Position numbers and translations under genes: made by a program. 64,000 nucleotides of DNA from a bacterium. GTDB lineage: Bacteria > Zhuqueibacterota > Zhuqueibacteria > Oceanimicrobiales > Oceanimicrobiaceae. The number at the start of each line of letters is the position of its first letter. The stretch's first letter is position 1. Shown here one piece after another: positions 37,276 through 47,382 of the stretch. Below the pieces are notes generated by a model. The model did no database searches. It was given only the letters and a program-made list of their open reading frames with translations, and was not told where the DNA came from. The stretch is taken from contig JBBIIG010000013.1 of assembly GCA_037446635.1 (NCBI GenBank), positions 17,855-81,854 of the forward strand, given 5' to 3'.

Positions 37276-37643
37276 AGAACTGCTCCCTCATCCTTTCGTT
37301 TTTGATTCCGACGTTATACTTGTTTAGTGTTTGAAATGATCCCTTTTCTTTCAAACAAATTTTGAAATCTTAGATCTCAAAAATGTAAAACCGCTTCGTT
37401 GGCGTCTCTAATTTGTGCGGCTTTTGCTCAATTAGAGACAATCACTGTGCCAGAAAAAGTCAAGCGCATTCAAGCGGAGTTCGAATTTTTAAGTGCTGCC
37501 CAGCAGTACAGGTTGAACGAATTGGTGCAGATCAAAAACTACATTTATTGCTGGAAGGGAAGGAGATCGGCTAAGAACGCGATTATTTTGTTGAAAAAAC
37601 GGATGCCGGAGAAATGATCACCGGTATCCGTTTAAGATTCAAA

Positions 37644-38606
37644 TTACGCCGCTTCGAGAGATTCTTCTTTTTGCTTGAAATTTGGGGTCTCAATCTTCTC
37701 AACCGGCTGCGGAATGGTTTTTTTCTGCGGCGCCGATTTTACCAGCATCACTCCCGCCACGATAATAAGCGTCGCGGCGGCGACCATCCAGTCTAATCGT
37801 TCACCCAAAATCAGCCAGCCGAGGAAGACTGCAATCACCGGGTTGATATAGGCATACATCGAGACAATCGAGGCCGGCAGTTTCGCCAGCGCATAAATAT
37901 AAGAACCGTAGCCGACGATCGATCCAAAAACCAAAAGATAGCCAATTGCCGCAAAGCCTTTGGGACTGAAATAGAGTCGGCTAAATTCACCCGCCAGGCC
38001 GCCAACGGCTATGAGCACCGCGCCGGCAACGATCATCTGAATCGCCGCGCCCATAAACGGGTGGCTTTTAAACTTGCGGTATTTTGAATAAATCGATCCC
38101 GCGCCCCACGCGATGGGCGGAATTAGCATCGCGAAAATTCCTTTCAAATAATTAGGATCAATTGATCCCTGTAAATCCGGCCACAGCAGCAACACGAGCC
38201 CGGAAAAACCCACCAGAATTCCAAGCACCTTTTTGAGATTGAGTTTATCGCCGCGCGGCAGGGCCGCTTCCATTCCCACCATGAAAAACGGCAGCGTGGC
38301 CACGATCAGCGCCGCTAAACTGCTGGGAATCCACTGTTCTGCCCAAACCACCGTGCCATTGGCGATGGTCAGCAGCGCAATTCCGATGATGGCGTTGTCC
38401 AGCAATTCCCGGCCACGCGGAACCTTATAGCCTTTTGCCAGAAGAAAGGGCAAAAAAACCAGGCCGGCGGCCAAAAATCGAAAGCCCGCGAACAGCGCCG
38501 GCGGCACGCTTTCCACGCCAATGCGGATGGCGAGATAAGTTGTTCCCCAGAAGAAACACACCGCCGCCCACGCCAGATATGCTTTAAAATTTTCTTTGCT
38601 GTCCAT
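37644..38606 (-). CDS. EamA/DMT family transporter
   Basis: WGTTYLAI and YAYINPVIAV motifs; about 10 TM helices. Confidence 0.92.
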   Translation of the reverse strand: MDSKENFKAYLAWAAVCFFWGTTYLAIRIGVESVPPALFAGFRFLAAGLVFLPFLLAKGYKVPRGRELLDNAIIGIALLTIANGTVVWAEQWIPSSLAALIVATLPFFMVGMEAALPRGDKLNLKKVLGILVGFSGLVLLLWPDLQGSIDPNYLKGIFAMLIPPIAWGAGSIYSKYRKFKSHPFMGAAIQMIVAGAVLIAVGGLAGEFSRLYFSPKGFAAIGYLLVFGSIVGYGSYIYALAKLPASIVSMYAYINPVIAVFLGWLILGERLDWMVAAATLIIVAGVMLVKSAPQKKTIPQPVEKIETPNFKQKEESLEAA

Positions 38607-38848
38607 TTTATGTTTCCCTCACGTTGAGCGAGCTAAAATAGAATTTTCGGAATCAAATGCCAGCCGAATCTTGCTAAACTAACATGATTATTAAATCTAA
38701 CAGGGCTATATTTAAGCCTCAGTTGTATAGCGCACGGAGTAATAGAGTTTTGTATTGATGGATTAATGAAAAGCGAACAGCATTGATCCAATAATCCATC
38801 AATCCACTATTCCATCGTAATTGAATGGCGATATTCGACATTTAAAAC

Positions 38849-39310
38849 TCATCCGCTTCTCAACATCGTGCCGCCGATTTTCTCGAAATAGGTCTGCAGC
38901 ACGATGGTGGTTTTAGTGGTCATTTCCAGCGGCGTTTTCTTGAGTAAGTTCACGATCTCATTGAGTTGGTCGATGTCCGCCGCGCGGACTTTGAACAGAA
39001 AGCAATCCTCGCCGGCGATCGTATGAATTTCGAGAATCTCGTTTCGTTTGGCCAAGTCGCGCAGGGCTTTATCGGCCTCTTTGTTAACGATGCCAGCATA
39101 TCGCGCTGATATAAAAGCGGTGATGGACTGGCCCACGGCTACCGGATCGACAATCGCTGTGTAGCCTTTGATGACGCCGCTCTGCTCCAACTTTTTGACG
39201 CGCTCGGCTACCGCGGGCCGCGACAGACCGATCTCATCGGCGATTTGCGCGTGCGGGGTGCGCGCATCCTTTAACAGATAAGCGATGATTTGCTGATCGA
39301 CTTCGTTCAT
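38849..39310 (-). CDS. Lrp/AsnC family transcriptional regulator
   Basis: DARTP..IA..IGLS..AVAERVKKLEQSGVIKGY and AGED motifs. Confidence 0.93.
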   Translation of the reverse strand: MNEVDQQIIAYLLKDARTPHAQIADEIGLSRPAVAERVKKLEQSGVIKGYTAIVDPVAVGQSITAFISARYAGIVNKEADKALRDLAKRNEILEIHTIAGEDCFLFKVRAADIDQLNEIVNLLKKTPLEMTTKTTIVLQTYFEKIGGTMLRSG

Positions 39311-39549
39311 GGCAACCCGACTATTGGCAAATATTATTAAAATTTTTCTTTCAATACGACGGACTATTTCAAGAAGTTCCTACGAATAGTAAGTTTTTTT
39401 TTTGAAGAGTAGAAACGAATAGTTTTCTTAAAAATGATAATGATGGTGGTTGATTTTCTCAGCGATAAGAATACATCGTACTTTATCGGACTGCTTGAAG
39501 CGGTGTAAGCCTTTGAAGATACATTCACTAACTCACTTCTTTCGGCCAG

Positions 39550-39565
39550 TGGCATGATATCTGCT
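39550..39565 (+). promoter_or_regulatory. Candidate sigma54 promoter of the metal-efflux island
   Basis: TGGCATG-ATAT-CTGCT (GG-N10-GC). Confidence 0.45.
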
Positions 39566-39659
39566 AAAAACCTCAAAAATAAAACTTGATTTTATCTGCG
39601 GAAACCTTATTTTTCAAACCAGCGTTAAACCAGGCGATTTGAAATTTGATTTAGACGAC

Positions 39660-40067
39660 ATGAAACAAATCACCAAAATCTTCGCGGCTTTTTTGATTGT
39701 GCCGGTCATGCTGTTGAATCTCCCGTTTGTAAGCACCGTCTGCCAATCGACTCCCGGCATGGAGAAGATGTCCTGCTGCATTCCAAAGGCCGCCGCGTGC
39801 GATATGAGTGGCGCGCAATTGCAGAAAGCCAGTTGCGGTTGCTCCACCACCAAGAGCACGCAAAGCAACGCCAACGTCATCAACTCATCTGAAATTATTC
39901 GAATCTCTTCCAAGGAGTTATTCAAGACGAGTACTGCGGTTCTTTCGTTTGATCAGAACGAAGGCAATACGCATTTATTTACCCCCACAAGTTTCGACCT
40001 CTATCAACAACCCAAATTTCTCGATTCTCAAAAAATCTACGTTTTCGTCTCCTCGTACCTGATCTGA
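39660..40067 (+). CDS. Cys-rich exported hypothetical protein preceding the RND operon
   Basis: Hydrophobic N-terminus; SCC, CGC; C-terminal IYVFVSSYLI. Confidence 0.65.
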   Translation: MKQITKIFAAFLIVPVMLLNLPFVSTVCQSTPGMEKMSCCIPKAAACDMSGAQLQKASCGCSTTKSTQSNANVINSSEIIRISSKELFKTSTAVLSFDQNEGNTHLFTPTSFDLYQQPKFLDSQKIYVFVSSYLI

Positions 40068-40182
40068 TTTCTCCGCCTCTCGACTCTCTCATTTAGTCCC
40101 GGTTACGGTGTAACTGAAACCGATTCGTGCGTCTATTTGCACGTGCAAAGGTTATTTCATCAATTTTTAGATCAGGTGTGGA

Positions 40183-41460
40183 ATGAAAAATATTTTAGTC
40201 TCTGGCTTATTCGCCTTAATTTTTGCGGCGTCGTCGGGATTCGCTCAGGACGGCAGCGTTCTCAATCTCGATGAATTAATTGCGGAGGCGTTGAAAAATA
40301 ATCCCGGTTTGCAAGCGGCGCGGTTGCAAACCGAAGCTGCTCGCACCCAGATCCGGCAGGCTCGGGCCTGGGAGGCGCCGCAAGTTGGAATCGAATTTTT
40401 TCAAACTCCCATCCAATCTTTTCCAAACCCCGCCAAAGATGGGATGGAAACGGATTACTTCGTGCAGCAAATGATCCCGTTTCCCGGGAAAATTTCCAAC
40501 ATGGCAAAAGCCGCGCGCAGCAACGCGGAGATGTCGGCGGAAAATTACCGCGCGCTGGAGCGCAAAATCATCCGCGATTTGAAGTCCGCGTATTATGAGC
40601 TTTATCTCGTGCAGCGCAAAATTAAAGTCAACTCCGAAAATCAAGTGCTGCTGCGACAATTTGTTGACATCGCGATGAAGCAGTACGAAGTGGGAATGGG
40701 CAAACAGGTGGACATCTTTCGCGCGCAGACCGAGATCTCGAGTCTCATCACCGAGGGCATCAACCTCGAGCAGGAGCGGAAAGTTGCGGAGGCGATGATC
40801 AACACCATTCTCAATCGTCCCGCCAACTCACTGCTGGGGCAGGTTCCGGATCTGGCTGACACGACGGCTACGTGGACGTTCGATCAAATGATGCCCATCG
40901 CTCTCGAGGCGCGACCGGAGTTGAAGGCGATGGATTACAACATCAGCATGAATCGCGCGGAGTTGGCGTTGTCGAAACGCGAGTATGTGCCCGACTTGAT
41001 GGTGCGCTTCATGTACAAAGACATGGCGGACACTGGCGACGACTTCTGGGCGTTGATGGGCGGCGTGAGTGTGCCGCTGGCGTTTTGGTCGAAAGGCAAA
41101 TTCAAAGGCAAAGTTCAGGAGAACCAGCTCAACGTCAATCGCGCCGAACAACAGTACACCGAAATGAAAAACATGATTCTGTTTGAAGTGCAGCAGGCGC
41201 TGGTGAAAGTGGAGAGCAATAAAAATGTTTTGCTGCTGTGTAAAAACACCATTGTGCCGCAGGCCGAGCAGACTCTGCAATCCACGTTGGCGGCGTATCA
41301 AACCGGCAAAACGGAATTTCTGATGCTGATCGACGCCTACCGCATGTTGCTCATGGCCAAGTTGGATTACTATGAGGCGGTCATGAATTACATGACGAGT
41401 CTCGCGCAGTTGGAGCAGGCCGTGGGCATGGATATTAAAGAGATTTCAGCTCGCATTTAA
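40183..41460 (+). CDS. TolC/CusC-type outer membrane efflux protein
   Basis: Signal peptide; ALKNNPGL, QMIPFPGK and AYQTGKTEF motifs; Met-rich. Confidence 0.9.
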   Translation: MKNILVSGLFALIFAASSGFAQDGSVLNLDELIAEALKNNPGLQAARLQTEAARTQIRQARAWEAPQVGIEFFQTPIQSFPNPAKDGMETDYFVQQMIPFPGKISNMAKAARSNAEMSAENYRALERKIIRDLKSAYYELYLVQRKIKVNSENQVLLRQFVDIAMKQYEVGMGKQVDIFRAQTEISSLITEGINLEQERKVAEAMINTILNRPANSLLGQVPDLADTTATWTFDQMMPIALEARPELKAMDYNISMNRAELALSKREYVPDLMVRFMYKDMADTGDDFWALMGGVSVPLAFWSKGKFKGKVQENQLNVNRAEQQYTEMKNMILFEVQQALVKVESNKNVLLLCKNTIVPQAEQTLQSTLAAYQTGKTEFLMLIDAYRMLLMAKLDYYEAVMNYMTSLAQLEQAVGMDIKEISARI

Positions 41461-41473
41461 GGAGTAATTAGTC

Positions 41474-43048
41474 ATGAAGAAAATAGGAATCACAGTCATT
41501 TTGAGTATTATTTTCGGCGTCGCCGTTGGCTACTTGTTGTTTCGGCCCTCTGAATCCAGCAGCGACGGCATAACGACGCCAGCCGCAAGCGATCAATCGG
41601 AGAAAAAAATCCTGTATTACAAAGATCCGATGCACCCGTGGCTGACGTCGCCGAATCCGGGCAAAGCGCCGGACTGCGGCATGGACATGGTGCCGGTTTA
41701 TGAGGGAGAAGAAGACGCCGCAGCTTCGGGCAGTGGGTTTAAAATCGATCCGACGGTAATCCAAAACATCGGCGTGAAAACTGAAGAGGTAAGCAAACGC
41801 CGCTTGTCGAAAGTTATCCGCACTGTGGGCAAAGTCGATGTGGACGAGACTCGCCTTTACTCCGTAAACACCAAAATCATGGGCTGGGTGGAGAAGCTGT
41901 ACGTCAACTACACCGGTCAGCCGGTGAAAAAGGGCCAACCGCTGCTCGAATTGTATTCGCCGGATTTGGTTTCGACGCAGGAGGAATATCTCACGGCGCT
42001 GCGCTATCAAAAGGCTCTCAGCGGCAGCAGCGTCAAAGAGACGCTGAGCGGTTCGGCAAATTTGGTTGAAAGTGTGCGGCGACGGCTTGAGTTGTGGGAC
42101 ATCACCGATGCACAAATCGCTGAATTGGAAAAAACCGGCCAGCCGCGTCGAACCCTTACGTTTTATTCTCCCGCCGACGGTTTCGTGATGGAGAAAATGG
42201 TGGTGGAAGGCGCCGCCGTGATGGCGGGAATGGATTTGTTCAAAATCGTCGATCTCGCCACGGTTTGGGTGATGGCGGACATTTACGAATACGAGCTGCC
42301 GTGGCTCAAGCTCGGCGCGACCGCAGAAATGGAGTTGCCTTATATTCCCGGAAAAACCTTCACGGGCAAAGTCACTTTCATTTATCCAATGTTAGCGATG
42401 GAGAGCCGCACCGCCAAAGTTCGCGTGGAGTTTCCGAATCCGCGCGGCGAAATTGAGCTGCGTCCGGAGATGTTCGCGACGGTGCGATTTCGTTCGGACA
42501 TGAGCAACGAAACCATTGCGGTGCCGGAGCAGGCGATCATTCGCAGCGGCGAACGGCTCATTGCTGTGGTCGCGAAAGACGGCGGCTACTTTGACGTCCG
42601 CGAAGTGAAAGGCGGAGTGGTAGCCGACGGCTACATGCAAATTCTCGAAGGTTTGGAAGAAGGGGAGCAGCTCGTGGTGTCCTCGCAATTTCTCATTGAC
42701 TCCGAAAGCAATCTGCGCACGGCGGTGGCGCAATTCACCAGCAGTCATGCCGGACATGCCGGCCAGTCTATGAGCACCTCGAAAAAAGAAGAACGTGAGG
42801 ATCACACTGGCCACGAGATGCAATCGACTCCCAAACAGGACGATCACTCCGGTCACCAAATGCCGCGGGAAAGTAAAGAAATCGACCATTCCGGACACAA
42901 CATGCCAGAGCATTCCGGGCACGACATGGGCGAAGTGAAAAAGGTTGCTGGCAAGAAGTACACCTGCTCGATGCATCCAGAAGTGATCATGGATGCGCCA
43001 GGCGATTGCCCGAAATGTGGGATGAAATTGATTGAGAAGAAGCAGTGA
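41474..43048 (+). CDS. cusB: CusB-type periplasmic adaptor with heavy-metal-binding domains and His/Met repeats
   Basis: YKDPMHP..CGMDM, GWVEKL, YSPDL and QFLIDSES motifs; C-terminal YTCSMHP..CPKCGM. Confidence 0.9.
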   Translation: MKKIGITVILSIIFGVAVGYLLFRPSESSSDGITTPAASDQSEKKILYYKDPMHPWLTSPNPGKAPDCGMDMVPVYEGEEDAAASGSGFKIDPTVIQNIGVKTEEVSKRRLSKVIRTVGKVDVDETRLYSVNTKIMGWVEKLYVNYTGQPVKKGQPLLELYSPDLVSTQEEYLTALRYQKALSGSSVKETLSGSANLVESVRRRLELWDITDAQIAELEKTGQPRRTLTFYSPADGFVMEKMVVEGAAVMAGMDLFKIVDLATVWVMADIYEYELPWLKLGATAEMELPYIPGKTFTGKVTFIYPMLAMESRTAKVRVEFPNPRGEIELRPEMFATVRFRSDMSNETIAVPEQAIIRSGERLIAVVAKDGGYFDVREVKGGVVADGYMQILEGLEEGEQLVVSSQFLIDSESNLRTAVAQFTSSHAGHAGQSMSTSKKEEREDHTGHEMQSTPKQDDHSGHQMPRESKEIDHSGHNMPEHSGHDMGEVKKVAGKKYTCSMHPEVIMDAPGDCPKCGMKLIEKKQ

Positions 43049-43057
43049 AAGATTCGG

Positions 43058-43429
43058 CTAAATCAATTGGATTTTTAGTGCAGAAGGGTCAATGATGATT
43101 TCTTCAGTCTCGGGATCGAGTTTGATTTTCAATTGCTGGAAAAAGTCTGATCCAATGATGAGTTCCTCTGTGAGGTCAGGGACGACAATGAAAGTCCAAG
43201 GGATCAGGTGTCCGTCTAATTCAACGAGGCTGTTCAACATCTCATCCACACTGGTGGAGCCCTTGCCTAATCGCAGGGTGACCGTGACCGGCATTTTCGA
43301 AAGCGCGGCTACTTGCACAGCTTGCTCGCGCTGAATATAACAACGCGATGCGCTGGTATCCATCAACGCATGGAGGGTTCGCGTGCCGGCTGTGCCGATG
43401 AGTGTGATTGGTTTGTAAATTAGTCCCAT
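43058..43429 (-). CDS. Retropepsin-like aspartic protease, antisense within the cus operon
   Basis: ALMDTSAS (variant of DTGAS) and LIIGSDF motifs. Confidence 0.8.
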   Translation of the reverse strand: MGLIYKPITLIGTAGTRTLHALMDTSASRCYIQREQAVQVAALSKMPVTVTLRLGKGSTSVDEMLNSLVELDGHLIPWTFIVVPDLTEELIIGSDFFQQLKIKLDPETEEIIIDPSALKIQLI

Positions 43430-43458
43430 ATTTTCAAACGCTAGTTAAGTGCTGAACA

Positions 43459-43487
43459 AGTATAACAGAATTTGACAGAAAATACAA
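43459..43487 (-). promoter_or_regulatory. Sigma70-type promoter for the antisense protease gene
   Basis: TTGTAT-N17-TATACT on the minus strand. Confidence 0.55.
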
Positions 43488-43520
43488 GCAGATTTTTTCT
43501 GCTTCGCACGGAGAGAAAGC

Positions 43521-46500
43521 ATGTTACCTAAAATTATAGAATGGTCCATCAACAACAAATTTCTGGTCATCCTGATGACGGTGTTCGCCATCCTCGGCGG
43601 CATCTACGCCATGCTCAACACGCCTGTGGATGCTATCCCGGATTTGAGCGACGTGCAGGTGATCATCTACACCAAGTACGACGGTCAGTCGCCGCGCATC
43701 GTGGAAGATCAGGTGACCTATCCGCTCACCACCGCGATGGTCTCGGTGCCGCGATCGACGGTGGTGCGCGGATACTCGTTTTTTGGCTACTCGCTGGTTT
43801 ATGTGATTTTCGAAGACGGCACCGACATCTACTGGGCACGCTCGCGGGTTTTGGAATATCTCAATTACGCGGCGAACCGTTTGCCGAAAGGAGTCGTGCC
43901 GGCGCTCGGCCCGGACGCCACAGGCGTCGGTTGGGTGTTTCAATACGCGCTCACTTCCGACAAACGCGATCTCGCCGAGCTGCGCTCGATTCAGGACTGG
44001 TATCTCAAATATGAGCTGAGCGCTGTGGAGGGCGTTTCGGAGGTCGCGAGCATCGGCGGTTTTGTAAAACAGTATCAAGTCACCGTCGATCCCAATCGCT
44101 TGCTGGCATACAACATTCCGCTCGATATGGTGATGATGGCCATCCGCAAAAGTAATCACGACGTTGGCGGCGAGACCATCGAAATGAGCGAGACCGAATT
44201 CATGATTCGCGGCCTCGGTTACATCAAGTCGATGAATGATTTGAAAATGATCCCGCTGATGGCCGACAAAATGAGCGGCACGCCGGTCTATTTGCGCGAC
44301 GTGGCGGACATTCAGATCGGCCCGGAGATGCGTCGCGGTATCGGTGAGTTCAATGGCCAGGGCGAAGCCGTGGGCGGCATCATCGTCATGCGCTACGGCG
44401 AGAACGCGTTGAAAGTCATCGACGCAGTGAAGAAAAAAATGGAAGTGCTGAAAGCCGGGCTGCCGGATGACGTGAAGATCGAAGTTGTTTATGATCGCTC
44501 GGCGCTGATCAAACGCGCAATCAGCAATTTGCGCGAAAAGCTGATTGAAGAAATCACCGTGGTCGGCATCGTGTGTTTGATTTTTCTTCTGCACTTGCGC
44601 AGCGGCTTCGTGGCCATTTTCACGCTGCCAACGGCGGTGCTGATTTCGTTTCTGATCATGTACTATCAGGGCATCAACGCCAACATTATGTCGCTGGGAG
44701 GCATCGCCATTGCCATCGGCGCGATGGTGGACGCCGGCATCATCATGATCGAAAACGCCCACAAGCACCTCGAACGCGACGCCGGCAAAAAAGATCATTG
44801 GTCGATCATCGCCGACGCCTCGAAAGAAGTCGGGCCGTCGCTGTTTTATTCGTTAATAGTGATGACCGTCTCCTTCCTGCCAGTTTTTGCTTTGCAGCAG
44901 CAGGAGGGACGTCTTTTCAAGCCCCTCGCATTTACGAAAACTTACGCCATGGGCGCGTCGGCGTTTTTAGCCATCACCATCGTGCCGATTTTGATGGGCT
45001 ACTTCATCCGCGGCCGCATTCGTCCGGAAGAAAAAAATCCCATCAACCGATTTTTGATTCGAATTTACGATCCGGTTTTGCACTTCGTCTTGCGTTGGAA
45101 GAAATTTGTGCTGGTGGCGGCGGTGGTCATCATGATCGCGACGGTTTTCCCATTCACCCAAATTGGCAACGAATTCATGCCGCCGCTGTACGAAGGCGAT
45201 CTCCTTTACATGCCCACGACGCTGCCCGGCATCAGCGTCACCAAAGCGCGGGAGATTCTTCAGCAGACGGATAAAATCATCCGGCAATTTCCGGAAGTGC
45301 ATCACGTGTACGGAAAAATCGGGCGCGCGGAAACCGCCACCGATCCCGCGGGGCTCGACATGGTTGAAACCACGATCATGCTCAAGCCCGAAGAAGAGTG
45401 GCGCGACGGCATGACCGTTCAGAAACTCATCGACGAGATGGATGCGGCGCTGCGCATTCCCGGTCTTTCCAATGTCTGGACGATGCCCATCAAAAATCGC
45501 GTGGATATGCTTTCCACCGGCATCAAAACCCCGGTGGGCGTGAAGATTTCCGGCGCGGATCTGAAAACGCTCGAAGCCATTGGCAAAGAAGTGGAGGCAG
45601 TAGTGAAGCAGGTGCCGAATACACTCTCGGCGTTTGCGGAGCGAGCCGTCGGTGGAAACTATGTTGATTTTCACATCAACCGCGAGGAAGCGGCTCGTTA
45701 CGGTTTGACAGTGGATGATATTCACGACGTCATTCAATCGGCGCTGGGCGGGATGTCCGTTACCACCACCGTCGAAGGACTCGAACGTTACCCGGTGAAT
45801 TTGCGTTACAGCCGCGAGCTGCGCGACAACATCGAGGAGCTGAAGCGCGTGTTGATTCCCACGCCCACCGGCCAACAAATTCCGCTGGGGCAGGTTACGA
45901 CCATCAGTGTTAACAAAGGGCCGATGGTGATTCGCACTGAGGATACCCGTCCCAACGTTTGGGTTTACATTGATATCAAAGACATCGATGTCGGCACTTA
46001 TGTGAAGATGGCGAAACGGGCAGTGGCGGAAAATATCAAACTGCCTGCCGGCTATAACATCGTTTGGAGCGGGCAGTACGAATACATGGAGCGCGCCAAG
46101 CAACGCCTGATGGTGGTGATTCCGCTCACCATTCTAATTATTTTCGTGATCATCTATCTCAGCACACGTTCCGTCACCAAAACGATGATCGTATTTCTTG
46201 CCGTGCCGTTTTCGCTGGTGGGCGCGATCTGGCTGCTCTATTTGCTGGATTACAATCTCAGCATCGCCGTCTGGGTTGGCATGATCGCCCTCGCCGGCCT
46301 CGATGCCGAAACTGGCGTGGTGATGCTGCTCTACTTGGATGTTGCTCACGACAACGCCAAAAAGCAGGGACTGATGCGCACCTTAGGCCATCTCCGCGAG
46401 GCCATTTACGAAGGCGCGGTGCGCCGCATTCGTCCCAAAGTGATGACAGTGGGCACAACCTTCGTTGGCCTGCTGCCGATTATGTGGAGCATGGGTACCG

Positions 46501-46631
46501 GCGCCGACGTGATGAAACGCATCGCCGCGCCGATGGTCGGTGGACTGTTCACCTCGCTGCTGCTGGAACTGACGGTTTACCCGGTCATTTACTACTTGTG
46601 GAAGGGGCGGGGGATGCGAGAGGATGCGTAA
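43521..46631 (+). CDS. cusA: CusA-type heavy-metal RND permease
   Basis: DAIPDLSDVQV, GPDATGVGW, MVDAGIIMIEN, EFMPPLYEGD and DMVET motifs. Confidence 0.95.
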   Translation: MLPKIIEWSINNKFLVILMTVFAILGGIYAMLNTPVDAIPDLSDVQVIIYTKYDGQSPRIVEDQVTYPLTTAMVSVPRSTVVRGYSFFGYSLVYVIFEDGTDIYWARSRVLEYLNYAANRLPKGVVPALGPDATGVGWVFQYALTSDKRDLAELRSIQDWYLKYELSAVEGVSEVASIGGFVKQYQVTVDPNRLLAYNIPLDMVMMAIRKSNHDVGGETIEMSETEFMIRGLGYIKSMNDLKMIPLMADKMSGTPVYLRDVADIQIGPEMRRGIGEFNGQGEAVGGIIVMRYGENALKVIDAVKKKMEVLKAGLPDDVKIEVVYDRSALIKRAISNLREKLIEEITVVGIVCLIFLLHLRSGFVAIFTLPTAVLISFLIMYYQGINANIMSLGGIAIAIGAMVDAGIIMIENAHKHLERDAGKKDHWSIIADASKEVGPSLFYSLIVMTVSFLPVFALQQQEGRLFKPLAFTKTYAMGASAFLAITIVPILMGYFIRGRIRPEEKNPINRFLIRIYDPVLHFVLRWKKFVLVAAVVIMIATVFPFTQIGNEFMPPLYEGDLLYMPTTLPGISVTKAREILQQTDKIIRQFPEVHHVYGKIGRAETATDPAGLDMVETTIMLKPEEEWRDGMTVQKLIDEMDAALRIPGLSNVWTMPIKNRVDMLSTGIKTPVGVKISGADLKTLEAIGKEVEAVVKQVPNTLSAFAERAVGGNYVDFHINREEAARYGLTVDDIHDVIQSALGGMSVTTTVEGLERYPVNLRYSRELRDNIEELKRVLIPTPTGQQIPLGQVTTISVNKGPMVIRTEDTRPNVWVYIDIKDIDVGTYVKMAKRAVAENIKLPAGYNIVWSGQYEYMERAKQRLMVVIPLTILIIFVIIYLSTRSVTKTMIVFLAVPFSLVGAIWLLYLLDYNLSIAVWVGMIALAGLDAETGVVMLLYLDVAHDNAKKQGLMRTLGHLREAIYEGAVRRIRPKVMTVGTTFVGLLPIMWSMGTGADVMKRIAAPMVGGLFTSLLLELTVYPVIYYLWKGRGMREDA

Positions 46632-46689
46632 TTCGCGATTCTGGGAGATAATGATGAAATTGCATCGTCAGTTAGTTAAGGTTTATTGC

Positions 46690-46770
46690 TATGGAGTATT
46701 GGATTACTGGAGTACCGGATTAGTGCTTTTGATCTTTCATTACTCCATTACTCCAGTACTCCAGTACCAC
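46690..46770. repeat. Intergenic imperfect inverted repeat of TGGAGTA / TACTCCA units
   Basis: atggagtattggattactggagta ... tactccattactccagtactccagta. A similar element lies at about 38750-38820. Confidence 0.55.
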
Positions 46771-46832
46771 ATCAATCCAACTCTGTACAATTTATGAAGA
46801 AATATGCATCACCAAACTTTGGAGGACGAACA

Positions 46833-47168
46833 ATGAAAACTCTGTTGACAACCGTTGGGCTGCTGTTGATTTTGGCAGTGGCGGCCCTACCGCAAGAAAA
46901 GAAAACCGAGACTCCTAAAAGTCAACCGGCAAAAAAAGACAGCGTTGAAGTGCTGGTCAAATTCAAACCCGAAGCCAAAGAAGAGGAAATCAAGGCGCTG
47001 GCTGCGGAAATCGGCATGTTGCAGGTGAAGCAAATCAAAGAGCTGAATCTGCGTGTGTTCCGCTTCCCGGCTGACAAAAAAATGGATGACGTCATTCGCC
47101 AGTGTGAGAAGAAGCCTTTTGTAGTATATGCGGAGGAAAATAAAAATTACAAAACCAAAAACAAATGA
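46833..47168 (+). CDS. Exported stand-alone subtilase (S8) pro-domain-like protein
   Basis: Signal peptide; EVLVKFKP...VVYAEEN; GGAGG RBS; no catalytic domain. Confidence 0.7.
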   Translation: MKTLLTTVGLLLILAVAALPQEKKTETPKSQPAKKDSVEVLVKFKPEAKEEEIKALAAEIGMLQVKQIKELNLRVFRFPADKKMDDVIRQCEKKPFVVYAEENKNYKTKNK

Positions 47169-47179
47169 AAGGAGAGGCT

Positions 47180-47347
47180 ATGCTTGGCTGGATGAAAAAA
47201 GCTATTGACCCGGTGTGCAAAATGAAAGTCGATCCGAAAAAAGCCGCGGCTACCAGTGAGTATCAAGGCAAGACCTACTACTTCTGCGCCCAAGGCTGCA
47301 AAGAGGCGTTCGATAACAACCCGGAAAAATTTTTGAAAACGAAGTGA
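47180..47347 (+). CDS. YHS domain protein
   Basis: DPVCKMKV...YQGKTYYFCAQGCKEAF..NPEKF. Confidence 0.9.
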   Translation: MLGWMKKAIDPVCKMKVDPKKAAATSEYQGKTYYFCAQGCKEAFDNNPEKFLKTK

Positions 47348-47382
47348 GCAAAAGTTCGATGCATCAATCATTGGAGGTTATC

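Noticed and set aside
37399..37617. 72-aa plus-strand ORF
   Set aside because: TTG start, no RBS, no recognisable motif; cannot be supported.
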